From a virus (Duplodnaviria > Caudoviricetes), in IMG/VR virus record IMGVR_UViG_3300025011_000055, positions 1 to 56,796 of that record: 56,796 bases of DNA. One strand, written 5' to 3'. Positions 9,118-18,678 of this stretch are shown one piece after another (position 1 is the first letter of the stretch; every line of letters begins with the position of its first letter). The notes under the pieces were generated by a model that did no database searches, was not told the DNA's origin, and worked only from the letters and a program-made list of their open reading frames with translations. Made by a program: the position numbers and the translations under genes.

Positions 9118-9714
9118 TTAAACATCAGTTGAAATAGTCAGGCCCAGCTCATGCTCTCCGAAAAGAATTTCCCACTTGGCATAATCTCCAAGCTCATTAT
9201 CGTCACGATTCACAAGCCTCAAAATTCTGCAGTTACCACTAGTATCAGTGCCGGTGTCACTGGAGTCAAGTTCCATCGCAGACTTGCCAGTAGCAGTTGA
9301 ACCCGAGCCGACTACAAAGTTAGTAGAAAGTCCAACCATTGCAGCAGTAATAGAGTTGGCATCACTATCTTCCTGGACCTCAAAAATAACCTGAGGATCA
9401 TCAACTACCAGACAATACATTGCAGTAGCTGCCGGCCTATAGGCACGAAGCGGAGTATCAGCCTGAATCATCACATAAGGATTATCACCAAAACCAATTA
9501 CAACACCTCGTACAGCTGCTCCAGCAGTAGCTTGGGCAACAGTAGGATACTTGCCAGTTGCATCTGCAGATCCAGCACTTTTAACTGCATCACCCTTAAA
9601 AACTGCAGTATTATCAGTACTGGGAATGTAATAAACATTTGCCTGACCATTCCAGGGAGACCCGTTCAAATGTTTGACCGGCTTAAAGCCGAAAGGAGTA
9701 TCAAGATTTGCCAT
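9118..9714 (-). CDS. Head cement/decoration-type structural protein
   Basis: MANLDTPFGFKPV start; Gly/Ala/Thr-rich; immediately upstream of the MCP. Confidence 0.65.
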   Translation of the reverse strand: MANLDTPFGFKPVKHLNGSPWNGQANVYYIPSTDNTAVFKGDAVKSAGSADATGKYPTVAQATAGAAVRGVVIGFGDNPYVMIQADTPLRAYRPAATAMYCLVVDDPQVIFEVQEDSDANSITAAMVGLSTNFVVGSGSTATGKSAMELDSSDTGTDTSGNCRILRLVNRDDNELGDYAKWEILFGEHELGLTISTDV

Positions 9715-9742
9715 ATTTTTTACCTCAACAAAAATTTAAATT

Positions 9743-10156
9743 TTACGAAATAGTCACACTTCCAGACAAGCCATCTCTACCCTCGCCACGAGAGTTCCGC
9801 TTAATTTGGTTTTCTACCTCACTAATCTTGGCTTGTGATTCGGCTCGGTCTGCCTCATAAATCTCTTCTGGGATCTCCATTAGAACAGCTCGCTGATTGT
9901 TACCCACACTAGGATTAGTGGCACTACCGATGTTGGTCGGTCTGCCAATCTTTGAATCCCCAACAGGTGAGCCATCATCAACAGTGTGCCATCCAGCGTC
10001 CTTGAACATCTGAAGGCGATCTCCAGTATCATTAACAAATCGGCGCACGAAACCGACCTTCTTCGGTGCAGTCAAGATATTCCTCGACCCTAAAGGTATT
10101 CTTTTTCGCGGTTGCTCGCTTTTAACACTCTCTGTATTTTTTGCCTGCTCTGTCAT
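9743..10156 (-). CDS. Head-module hypothetical protein
   Basis: AAGAGGA RBS; lies between scaffold and capsid genes. Confidence 0.65.
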   Translation of the reverse strand: MTEQAKNTESVKSEQPRKRIPLGSRNILTAPKKVGFVRRFVNDTGDRLQMFKDAGWHTVDDGSPVGDSKIGRPTNIGSATNPSVGNNQRAVLMEIPEEIYEADRAESQAKISEVENQIKRNSRGEGRDGLSGSVTIS

Positions 10157-10171
10157 AACATAATCCTCTTA

Positions 10172-11119
10172 TTATTCTTGCATACTTGCAATATCTTTAA
10201 TATATTGTTCTTCGGACATTATGCCCCCGCGAACAAATTGATTCATGATACTAACTTGGTCAGGCGTAAGATCAGCCTTACTAAAACTAGTTGTAGCACC
10301 TTTATTGTTTGAGCCTTTATCAACAGGAGAAACAGGTCCGATTGGTTTCGTTGCAACATTGGCAACAGTTGCAGATTTAACAGTAGTAAACTTTTCTGGA
10401 AAAACTTCCTGAACTTTCTGCCGTACCAGTGCATAAATCCTCGGCAGTGGCGCTCCAACATAATTCTGCGCTACACTATCAGCAAACTGTGCCATCTCGT
10501 TGTCTTCTAAATACCATTGATTATCCTGAATCCATTCATCATATACAGGATTTTCAACAGCACCAGCCTTGCTACTATCGTTAATTTTTGGTGCAACAAG
10601 ATCATTTTTCTTTGCTTCAATTTGTGCATCCAGTTCCTCTACTTTATCAACATCAGCAAGCTCAATTGCAGACTTGCGTTCCTTCTTAAGAGTTTCTATT
10701 TCAGCAGTTAACTTCTTAACTTCAGTCTGATAAACTTTCTCATTGTGCTCTTTCAAAGCATTAACGGAGGCCTGAACTGCACTAAGATTCTCCTTTAAGT
10801 CTTTGTTGTGCTTACTCATTGCCTTCTGAATGTCTTTTGATCTCAGAATGTAGGTGACTGCATCAACTGCGTCTTCACCTACATGATCAGCACGCCAGCC
10901 AAGTTGTGCAGCAAGTTCTTCTACAGAAGGCTCAATCTTGGTTTGATCAGAATCAGCATTACCATTAGGGGTTTTAGTTTGATTGGAAGATCGATCATCA
11001 CCAGAGTTAGTTGCCACAACAGACTTGCTGATATCATCAGTAGTTTCTGTTGCTTCTGTAGAAGAACCATCAGTTGCTTCGGCTGCCATAATAATGTCTT
11101 GCACAAATTCTTCTGCCAT
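10172..11119 (-). CDS. Capsid scaffolding protein
   Basis: Acidic disordered N-terminus and long coiled coil; lies between portal and MCP. Confidence 0.7.
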   Translation of the reverse strand: MAEEFVQDIIMAAEATDGSSTEATETTDDISKSVVATNSGDDRSSNQTKTPNGNADSDQTKIEPSVEELAAQLGWRADHVGEDAVDAVTYILRSKDIQKAMSKHNKDLKENLSAVQASVNALKEHNEKVYQTEVKKLTAEIETLKKERKSAIELADVDKVEELDAQIEAKKNDLVAPKINDSSKAGAVENPVYDEWIQDNQWYLEDNEMAQFADSVAQNYVGAPLPRIYALVRQKVQEVFPEKFTTVKSATVANVATKPIGPVSPVDKGSNNKGATTSFSKADLTPDQVSIMNQFVRGGIMSEEQYIKDIASMQE

Positions 11120-11131
11120 AATAACACCTAT

Positions 11132-11467
11132 TTAAAAGAGTAACCGAGCCAAAACATCATTATCATTAATCAATACATAAGAGTCGTCATCCTTCCCGCT
11201 CATAGAGACACCAGCATATCGGGAGTAACTAATCTTATCGCCAACTTCTGCCCAGGCAATACCATCATCAAGGTCTTTCCAGGCAGTAGGTCCGATGGCA
11301 ACCAAAGTTCCAACTGTTGCTGCTTGCTGTTCTTTTTCCCGAATTGTTTCAGGCAAATAGATTCCGCCCTTAGTCTTTTCTTCAACCTTCTCAGGAAGTA
11401 CCAACAAATGCCCGCCAGTCGGTAAGATGCCAGATTGATTAATATCACTAATGTTTTCTGTGCTCAT
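11132..11467 (-). CDS. groES: Co-chaperonin GroES (Cpn10)
   Basis: P.G..LLV...EEKTKGGIYLP mobile loop, G.LVAIG, VGDKI.Y.RYAG and DVLA motifs. Confidence 0.92.
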   Translation of the reverse strand: MSTENISDINQSGILPTGGHLLVLPEKVEEKTKGGIYLPETIREKEQQAATVGTLVAIGPTAWKDLDDGIAWAEVGDKISYSRYAGVSMSGKDDDSYVLINDNDVLARLLF

Positions 11468-11514
11468 AATTATTACCCTTTTAAATAATTGTTATTCTTA
11501 ATAACTGCGTATGC

Positions 11515-11769
11515 TTAGTAACCGCTTACTTCGTCAACTTCATTATCTACAGCATCACCTTCAAAAGAAATATTCAATATTTGATCAAGCCCTTCAATAT
11601 TTCCAACAACCCTATTTGTCATGCCATGAGTCTCATAAGCATTTTGACCAATAGTATTTCCATTACTTAACTTACTTTCCATAATCTTACGAACTTTTCT
11701 AAGTTCTGTAAGGATCTCTGTTGTGACGGCATTAGTTTTCCACTCTTGGAATTGTTCACTAGTTAGCAT
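11515..11769 (-). CDS. Head-module hypothetical protein
   Basis: MLTSEQFQEWK..VT pattern; located after the portal. Confidence 0.6.
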   Translation of the reverse strand: MLTSEQFQEWKTNAVTTEILTELRKVRKIMESKLSNGNTIGQNAYETHGMTNRVVGNIEGLDQILNISFEGDAVDNEVDEVSGY

Positions 11770-11789
11770 CTTGATACCATAAGTATAGG

Positions 11790-12044
11790 TTATTCTACAA
11801 TAATCCAATCTTCTGCAAGCATATCTGTCTGACTAGCTAGCCAAGGAACTCTTGCATTAATATGATTTTTAGGGGCAGTTTTACTTGCTGGTGTAGATGG
11901 ATAATTCATATAAATGTATGGAAGAGTCATTTTGCTAAAAGAATCTGGCACCTGCAATTCAAGACTTAAGCCTTTTCCATTCCATCCTTCACGAGCTACT
12001 TTTCCCCTAAGCTTTAGTGCCCTTATAGCATCTCCAAAGTCCAT
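11790..12044 (-). CDS. tad2: DUF2829 / Thoeris anti-defence Tad2-family protein
   Basis: MDFGDAI.ALK..GKVAR.GWNGKG...PW.ASQTDMLAEDW signature; GAGGAG RBS. Confidence 0.8.
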   Translation of the reverse strand: MDFGDAIRALKLRGKVAREGWNGKGLSLELQVPDSFSKMTLPYIYMNYPSTPASKTAPKNHINARVPWLASQTDMLAEDWIIVE

Positions 12045-12055
12045 CTGAGTTCTCC

Positions 12056-12223
12056 TCAATTCTGATTAACCTTCTCCAACTCTTTCTTTCGCTTATTTGC
12101 AGCAGTTGTTACATTCCCAGCATAAAAAACATTCTTGTCAGCAGTGTCACTTTTATTTTTACCAAGGCCAAGTGCACGTAAAAAAGAAAACGTACCTTTC
12201 TTCTTCTTGCTTAATTCATCCAT
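12056..12223 (-). CDS. Small basic protein, 55 aa (not in ORF track)
   Basis: AAGGAG RBS; MDELSKKKKGTFSFLRALG...KVNQN*. Confidence 0.55.
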   Translation of the reverse strand: MDELSKKKKGTFSFLRALGLGKNKSDTADKNVFYAGNVTTAANKRKKELEKVNQN

Positions 12224-12232
12224 ATTATCTCC

Positions 12233-12271
12233 TTAACTATATTCACGTTTCACCGTGCTTTCTTTTAATCC
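12233..12271 (-). pseudogene. Displaced older 3' end of the portal gene
   Basis: Reads GLKESTVKREYS*, versus the portal's GLKESTMKREYVS... Confidence 0.8.
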
Positions 12272-12277
12272 TAACTA

Positions 12278-12493
12278 TTATTCTTCTTTTGTTGCCACGA
12301 TCTTATTGCTGCAAGCCAAGGTTATTGTACCAGCACCCAAATGACCTACACCAAATGACATCTGATGGATTGCAGAGATAGCGCCATGCAAAACATGTCT
12401 ATCCGTGCAGATGTCTTTCTTGATGCAATCTCCCTGACCTTCAGGTGTTGCTGATGGATAATTACAACATGGTGTTACAAGTGAATATGACAT
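12278..12493 (-). CDS. Cys/His-rich inserted protein
   Basis: AAGGAG RBS; MSYSLVTPCC start; flanked by the duplicated portal 3' end. Confidence 0.6.
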   Translation of the reverse strand: MSYSLVTPCCNYPSATPEGQGDCIKKDICTDRHVLHGAISAIHQMSFGVGHLGAGTITLACSNKIVATKEE

Positions 12494-12494
12494 A

Positions 12495-14729
12495 TTATTC
12501 TCCTTGATTGTTATTCTCTGAAACATACTCTCGCTTCATTGTACTTTCTTTTAATCCACCAGGTGCTTTGCCTAAACTTTGCTGACTTCGCCCGAGTTCT
12601 AATTGACCAGAAATTTGCTTATCCTTAAGAGCTAAATCTGTAGCATCATTATCCATGTCTGCAATTGTCTTCTCTTGTTCAAGTTGTTTACCAGGAATCT
12701 CTGTCATAATCTTCTGAGTTTCCGCATTCAACTTGGCGACCTTTGCACTTAGTTCTGTAATCTCAGCCTGGAGTTTCTGCATCGCGAGTTGTTCAGCTGG
12801 ATCAGTCTGGTCTTCTGCAGGAAAGAACCTCTCAACATCTTCGATATCAAGTGCAAGTAAATACTGTCGCAAGATTTCCTGATCATTCAAACCTTGGCCT
12901 CGCAGCTCTAGCATGGCCTTCGCCTTGAGAAGCCGCTGCATCATTGTCGTGCTGTTCGGATCACTAACCGGAACAACATCGAAATCTGCACTAGAGAAGT
13001 CAGCCTGAACAATTGCCTGCTGATCATCCAGGACAACACTATATGTCATCTGATCTAAATAAAGAGCATTCAGTCTTCGTAACTTTATGAACTCCTTATA
13101 TTGACTTCGGTACAATCGCTTGTGAATTGCACTGTAGACTTGCAGCCCCTGTTCAATAAGGGCAAGTACAGACTCAGCCGGAACATTCGCACCAGGAGAA
13201 TTACCAGCAAGAATCTCTGTCATGCCGGCAAGTTCTTTACCACTCTCGATTAGCAAGCCGAGCAATTGAAAGAGAACATTACTTGGCTCACGCACTGGCA
13301 TTGGGAAGATGTTCTTGCGAAGATCGTCGCCTGTTGCATCTACTGGCTTCCACTCGCCTGACTTGACCTGAATTGATTTGCCCCTGCCAAGCTTAAGGCC
13401 TCTCCCTAGGAAACCAGACTGACGATTTGATAACGTCCCTGCATCAAGCAATTGATTAATAACTGTGTTTATGGCTGAGTTACTGCTCATCAACAGTGAG
13501 CCAAACCCCATGCCATAAAAGCCTCCATCAATCGCTGGCATGAAAATAAAGCGAGTAAAGTATTGCTCTGGGAGGATCTTAACAATTGGTCCGTCTAGAT
13601 CAACTACGCCAGATTCATCAGACTTGCGAATAATCCCATCCGTGGCAAACCGAGGAGATATGCGAACTAACTTCTGTGATTGTTCATGAACAGTTACTAC
13701 ATACGGCTCTTGATAGCCATCATTATCTAAGTCATACCAACGATGTTGTTCAAGAAACAAATGTGGAGTATCTTCATCTACATCAGCAGTCTTATCACTG
13801 GTTGCCTGACCAAGTTCAGCTACATCAAACTTGATAAAAATCCCAGAATTGATGCGCTCAACAATTTCATTATGGTACAAATAGATTCTATGAGTTACTC
13901 GTGGAGCCCTCTCCAATGATTCGGCAAAGTAATTTACAACCAAATCATCAGCAAAGACTATCTGAGATACGGACTTCCTCTCAATCGAATCGAAGTAACT
14001 CTTTTTGAATACACAACCGATTGCGGGCAAGGTAAAAAGTAGCTGGTCAACTCCTTCTTCCCAATCTTCCATTAGGGACAGAAGCTGGAAAGACATAAAC
14101 TGAGAAATTCGGTTGGCCTTATCAAACTTACGATTGTCTGGATCAGTTCCTATGACCTTACCTTTGACAACTTCATTACCTTTAATAAGCTCAGGATATG
14201 CCCTAGCAGCAAACTGGATGCAAGCATTAATTATTAATGGGTACTTAACATTAGCAACAACTTCGCCTGCATAGACTTTCTTCTTTACGAGCAGCTTAGC
14301 CAGGTCGATGATCTGCACATTGAGTGCTTCCCATTCAGTTCGGCTAGCCAAATCTAGCTTGTAGCCTTCCAGGACTTTAGTCGTAATATCTGCTAAGGTT
14401 TCCTTATTTTGTTTATCAGCAAGATTAGTGATAAGTACAACTGCTTCAGCTCTGAGAGCTTCTTTTTCCACAAGAGCAGTCGTGGTAGGATCAACTTGAA
14501 TTGGCGCTATAATATCCTCGATAGGTTCCTCAGTTGCCCAAAATGGAACTTGGCCCATGAGACTAGCTTGCTCGTCATCTGGAAGGTTTGTGCCTGTGTT
14601 CAAGGTTGAGTTGGTTCGTGTAGGCAGCTTTGCTGCTTGACCAGCTATAATTGCATTCGCCATCGGAGTCGCTGGATTGCCTGGATCAACAAGTTCCTCT
14701 ACAGGAAATTCAAAACCATTATTAGCCAT
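12495..14729 (-). CDS. Portal protein
   Basis: 744 aa, directly after TerL; FYG.G, G.LSN.QSG and C-terminal coiled-coil barrel typical of podovirus portals. Confidence 0.88.
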   Translation of the reverse strand: MANNGFEFPVEELVDPGNPATPMANAIIAGQAAKLPTRTNSTLNTGTNLPDDEQASLMGQVPFWATEEPIEDIIAPIQVDPTTTALVEKEALRAEAVVLITNLADKQNKETLADITTKVLEGYKLDLASRTEWEALNVQIIDLAKLLVKKKVYAGEVVANVKYPLIINACIQFAARAYPELIKGNEVVKGKVIGTDPDNRKFDKANRISQFMSFQLLSLMEDWEEGVDQLLFTLPAIGCVFKKSYFDSIERKSVSQIVFADDLVVNYFAESLERAPRVTHRIYLYHNEIVERINSGIFIKFDVAELGQATSDKTADVDEDTPHLFLEQHRWYDLDNDGYQEPYVVTVHEQSQKLVRISPRFATDGIIRKSDESGVVDLDGPIVKILPEQYFTRFIFMPAIDGGFYGMGFGSLLMSSNSAINTVINQLLDAGTLSNRQSGFLGRGLKLGRGKSIQVKSGEWKPVDATGDDLRKNIFPMPVREPSNVLFQLLGLLIESGKELAGMTEILAGNSPGANVPAESVLALIEQGLQVYSAIHKRLYRSQYKEFIKLRRLNALYLDQMTYSVVLDDQQAIVQADFSSADFDVVPVSDPNSTTMMQRLLKAKAMLELRGQGLNDQEILRQYLLALDIEDVERFFPAEDQTDPAEQLAMQKLQAEITELSAKVAKLNAETQKIMTEIPGKQLEQEKTIADMDNDATDLALKDKQISGQLELGRSQQSLGKAPGGLKESTMKREYVSENNNQGE

Positions 14730-14746
14730 TATTAATTTCCTGATAT

Positions 14747-14929
14747 CTAATTTTCTTCTTGATGTACAATAAGTCTTACACCATCTATGATACTATTAAC
14801 TTTTGGACAGCATATACATATAGTATCAATAATATGTGGTGTGATAGGTTTAAAAAATGTTTTAGATACAATAATAGTTGGTATTACATGTAATTCTCCA
14901 GGAATCTTATATACAGACCAACAACTCAT
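14747..14929 (-). CDS. Small AT-rich inserted hypothetical protein
   Basis: ORF between terL and portal; H..P...H...C.CCP motif. Confidence 0.45.
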   Translation of the reverse strand: MSCWSVYKIPGELHVIPTIIVSKTFFKPITPHIIDTICICCPKVNSIIDGVRLIVHQEEN

Positions 14930-14932
14930 GAT

Positions 14933-16402
14933 CTAGTATCCTGTAACCAGACTTGCTTCCTGGTGATTGTAAAGTTCGCTTTCTTCCCACGCCTGAAACT
15001 CCCAATATGGTTTCGCAATTGCTCGTTTGAGTCCAGACATAATCAAGTACCGAGTGCAGTCCATCAAATGGTCGCGGTCTTTAACTATCTGACCGTTCTC
15101 ATCCCGGCGATAAATACGAAACTCGCTAAACCAATTAACCAGCGAACCAAATACTTTCAGGCGATTAGTACTGAGCATTTGCCACACAGCATACAAGCCA
15201 GCCTCGATTGATTTGTTCGCATTCTCAAGGTCAAGACCTAACCCAAAGTATTGTTCAAAAAGTTGCTTTCCGTCATCTTGCGAACGACCATGTGCAGCTG
15301 AGTCAACCACGCCTGGAATCCAATTTCCCCGAGCCTTGATTGCATCCGCATGGATCAGTGGTAACTGTTGGCCCTGGTAATATTCGGAATATAAATAAGT
15401 TATGTTGCTGGTCGGATCTGTAGCTGCCCAAACAGTTGCAGTCTTCTTCCAGCCTACATCCAACGCATAGCAGCGAAGCCAATGATCTGGAATAGCAAAA
15501 TCTTCTACGGTGATATTACTTTCGAGGATTGGATAAATTGCACCAGCCCCAAGTTGAGGTACGCCCTTCGACCTGGCGTCTCGTTGGTGCGGAGGTAAGG
15601 CTGCCCAGAGTTTATCTTTCTGTTCTTTGGTAAGGTGTGGAGCATCGTCCCAGGTTGCCTGGATTAAGAACTTACTACCTTCTTGATTGTCTTCTATTTT
15701 GCCGTTTGGCATAAACTGAAGAACAGTATCAGTTAAGCCTTCAAGAGGAGTGAAGGTAAGCATAATTAGACCATTAGTTGTCATGGTCCGAGTTATACAT
15801 TCAGTATAGATTGGAAGTGGACATTCTTCATCCAGCCAGATTAAATCTTGCTCAGTTCCTTCAAAAGACTTTCTGCCTTCAGCATAAGACTTGATCTTAA
15901 TCCGAGATATGCCACCAGAGATATGCTTGACTAAGATCATGTCGATGGCATTAGCAACTCCGCCAGCCTTAGGACTGGTCTTTATAATATACTTTTCTGG
16001 AATCAATCCAGTCCCATACTCTTCAGGATTACCAATGAGTTTATATTGAACGATATCCCTGGCAGTGGTGCTGGTAGTTCCACATGCCCAGATGGAAACT
16101 GGTTTAGTAAATCTCTTGCCAGTCCACCAACCTGGATAGCGCCCGGTTGCATGTAGAGTTGTTTCGTACGCACCAATTCCCTCGGACTTTCCTATGCGGT
16201 TTGCAGCCATGATACAGCGTTCACTAAATGTGGAACCGGCTGCAAAGAATTGCATGTGCTTAGGATAGTTATTTCGACTCAGCTCGCCGTCATCTGGATA
16301 ATACTGGGTAATCTTATTTTGCCTGATCCGGATGTTTTTGGCTTGCAATAGTTTGAGGTATTGCTCTTTGCGGTCTCTATCAAGGTGGGAAAGATCCATC
16401 AT
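14933..16402 (-). CDS. terL: Terminase large subunit
   Basis: Walker A AANRIGKS, Walker B WLDEE, TFTP coupling motif, nuclease ALDVG and DHLMD. Confidence 0.95.
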   Translation of the reverse strand: MMDLSHLDRDRKEQYLKLLQAKNIRIRQNKITQYYPDDGELSRNNYPKHMQFFAAGSTFSERCIMAANRIGKSEGIGAYETTLHATGRYPGWWTGKRFTKPVSIWACGTTSTTARDIVQYKLIGNPEEYGTGLIPEKYIIKTSPKAGGVANAIDMILVKHISGGISRIKIKSYAEGRKSFEGTEQDLIWLDEECPLPIYTECITRTMTTNGLIMLTFTPLEGLTDTVLQFMPNGKIEDNQEGSKFLIQATWDDAPHLTKEQKDKLWAALPPHQRDARSKGVPQLGAGAIYPILESNITVEDFAIPDHWLRCYALDVGWKKTATVWAATDPTSNITYLYSEYYQGQQLPLIHADAIKARGNWIPGVVDSAAHGRSQDDGKQLFEQYFGLGLDLENANKSIEAGLYAVWQMLSTNRLKVFGSLVNWFSEFRIYRRDENGQIVKDRDHLMDCTRYLIMSGLKRAIAKPYWEFQAWEESELYNHQEASLVTGY

Positions 16403-17088
16403 TATGACCTATTAATATTATGAAAGGGATCAAATGATAGGTCTTCTAAAATTGAGGTGTCTTCCATCAGGAGGGGTTCTTCAAAATCTTCGTCAGGAAT
16501 AAATAGGCCAGCTTGTTCTTCAGCACAGAATAAATCTTCCAGAGATAAATCATCCTCGTTAGCAGACGCAGGGACAACAGCTTGGCATGACGCAAGAGGA
16601 ATGGTTGCAAATGATAAGTTGTGATGTAAGGACTTTTTAATCTCTGGAAGATTTTTACCACCAGTGCGATTGATTGCTTCTTCGATTGCAGCGATCTCAG
16701 CATCGAGTTCTTCATCAGTTTTGGTTTGCAGCGTCATGTCAATGTTCAACCGATCAGGAGCTTTATACCCATTTCGGTCGAGAACATCTTTAGCTGCATT
16801 AAATTGTACAGATGCTGGAACAGATTTGCGGGAATTAGAGTTGAGAAGGTGCTCGAATGTTGCAAGTGCTTCTTTATTGAGGCTAACCAACTTCTTTCTG
16901 ACATCTAAAGTTGCTTCGTGTGCCCTGTCTTGAAGGCCATTCAAGTAGGCTTGCCCAAGAGGTGAGCGAAGGATTGTAGATACGGATGATTGTGCCATAC
17001 CAAGACGCTCAGCAATCTCTTGGTTTTTGTACCCGTTGAACGCCATCTGGATAATGTTGCGGTGCTGAGATTTTAGCTCTTTCAACAT
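16402..17088 (-). CDS. terS: Terminase small subunit (HTH)
   Basis: N-terminal HTH (NQEIAERLGMAQSSVS); AAKDVLDR.G motif; directly upstream of terL. Confidence 0.75.
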   Translation of the reverse strand: MLKELKSQHRNIIQMAFNGYKNQEIAERLGMAQSSVSTILRSPLGQAYLNGLQDRAHEATLDVRKKLVSLNKEALATFEHLLNSNSRKSVPASVQFNAAKDVLDRNGYKAPDRLNIDMTLQTKTDEELDAEIAAIEEAINRTGGKNLPEIKKSLHHNLSFATIPLASCQAVVPASANEDDLSLEDLFCAEEQAGLFIPDEDFEEPLLMEDTSILEDLSFDPFHNINRS

Positions 17089-17642
17089 GGCTGGCAGCTT
17101 TACAGGTAAGATAGGTTAAATGGATGTTGTGAACCTTTTGGAATTGTCCTATTTTATGTTGACATATTATGGTAGAAAGGTCAATATAAAAATGCATAAG
17201 GACTTAATTTTCCTGCTTTTTCCATAATGACGGCAATCATATTGAGCCTACTATAATATTATAAGGGCTGCCTGTTTGTTACTGTTCACAGTTCTGCTAA
17301 TAGTGACAAGTTGAATAGCTGAATGATTAGAATTGTTCCCGACTTTAGGTTCATTTGTGAACACTGGATGGATAGGTGTCGATTGACGGCAATGTAAAAT
17401 TGCTTGTTTCCGCAACTCTATATAGAAACCCTAATCCACTACAGAGGGATCGAGGCATCTACATGCGGGCAGGTCACACACAAGAAAGATTGTTCCCTCC
17501 GCTACGCGGACACACGATTAACAGGTACAGGTCATGAGCAGGGATTCCTGGCAAACTGTGGAATATTTCAATGTGGAAATATTTTAATATGATGGTCCTG
17601 GCAGAATGACAAGCACTATATAAATGGTGAATAGAATAACTC

Positions 17643-17671
17643 TTGACAACCTGGACATGGGGAAGTATTGT
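17643..17671 (+). promoter_or_regulatory. Sigma70-type early promoter
   Basis: TTGACA-17-TATTGT; a further TTGACA-17-TATACA lies at 17723-17751. Confidence 0.65.
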
Positions 17672-17816
17672 AATTGGGAAAGGCAGGACAAGTGGAAAAT
17701 GAATCAAGGTGGAAAATAATTCTTGACAAAGCTTTCCACAAGTGATATACAGTAATTGACAGGCTGGAAATGGTTCTAGCCACAAGTAGTTAAACCCATT
17801 ATAAAGGAGTTTTATC

Positions 17817-18227
17817 ATGGCACAATCAATCTTCGTTACATTGGATACCCTTAAGACAGAGACTTCAGTCCCGGCGGTTGGAACGATGGTACAGCACACT
17901 TTGCCACGGAGCATCTTCCCGACCAGTGAACAGTTTGCAGATGAACAGAAATTGGTTGCCTGGGCAACTGAAGCTGGATGTCTGCATGCCTGTTTGCAAA
18001 AAGGTATTCAGGCAAAGTTGATAGATGCACGTGCAACCTTTAAAGCAACGAAGAAAGGTGCGGAATGGTCGCCTGAACTTGGTCAAAGCAATGTAGACGG
18101 TATGAAATGGGAAGCCGCCGAACGTCCGGCAAGCGCAAAGAGTGACGAGCAAAAAGCGATTGAGGCAATGTCCAAATTGACGCCGGAACAACTGGCTGCG
18201 ATTATTGCAGGTATGTCGGCTAACTAA
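17817..18227 (+). CDS. First early gene, hypothetical
   Basis: Strong AAAGGAG RBS; downstream hairpin at 18240-18272. Confidence 0.8.
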   Translation: MAQSIFVTLDTLKTETSVPAVGTMVQHTLPRSIFPTSEQFADEQKLVAWATEAGCLHACLQKGIQAKLIDARATFKATKKGAEWSPELGQSNVDGMKWEAAERPASAKSDEQKAIEAMSKLTPEQLAAIIAGMSAN

Positions 18228-18287
18228 CCATATTAACCTTGCCGGATATATTCGCTTTGAGTATGTCCGGCATACTATGAGGATATT

Positions 18288-18503
18288 ATGAAAATCTCCA
18301 GATTGAAAAAAGATATTATCAAAGGGATAAATATGGCCAAAGATATTAAAATGGCAACAACAAAGGACGATATGAAAATCGTTCGTTGCATACTTGGTCA
18401 GGATGAAAGAAATGTAATACAAGTTATAAAATTTCTTGGGCTTTTCCCACCTGAATGGAACAAAGTGATTAGACTTGGGATGTGGTTAGAATTGACAAAG
18501 TAA
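18288..18503 (+). CDS. Hypothetical protein
   Basis: GAGGA RBS. Confidence 0.5.
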   Translation: MKISRLKKDIIKGINMAKDIKMATTKDDMKIVRCILGQDERNVIQVIKFLGLFPPEWNKVIRLGMWLELTK

Positions 18504-18534
18504 TATATTGACTAACAATCTTGCTTTAACCTTT

Positions 18535-18572
18535 GCCCGATTTAGTCCTTGTGACTATTTCGGGCTTTTCTT
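18535..18572 (+). terminator. Intrinsic terminator
   Basis: GCCCGA..TAGTC / GACTA..TCGGGC stem followed by TTTTCTT. Confidence 0.75.
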
Positions 18573-18577
18573 ATTGC

Positions 18578-18615
18578 TAATGCCTGACAACCTGAATAAT
18601 GCCTGACAACCTGAA
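18578..18615 (+). repeat. 19-bp perfect tandem duplication
   Basis: TAATGCCTGACAACCTGAA x2. Confidence 0.9.
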
Positions 18616-18678
18616 TTGCATGGATAGTGATTAGATGATGGTTGTATGGGCGTTCGATACTGAACAGGAATAACACGA

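Noticed and set aside
17148-17192. Late promoter upstream of terS
   Set aside because: A TTGAC/GTCAA inverted pair is present, but neither strand has a well-spaced -10 element.
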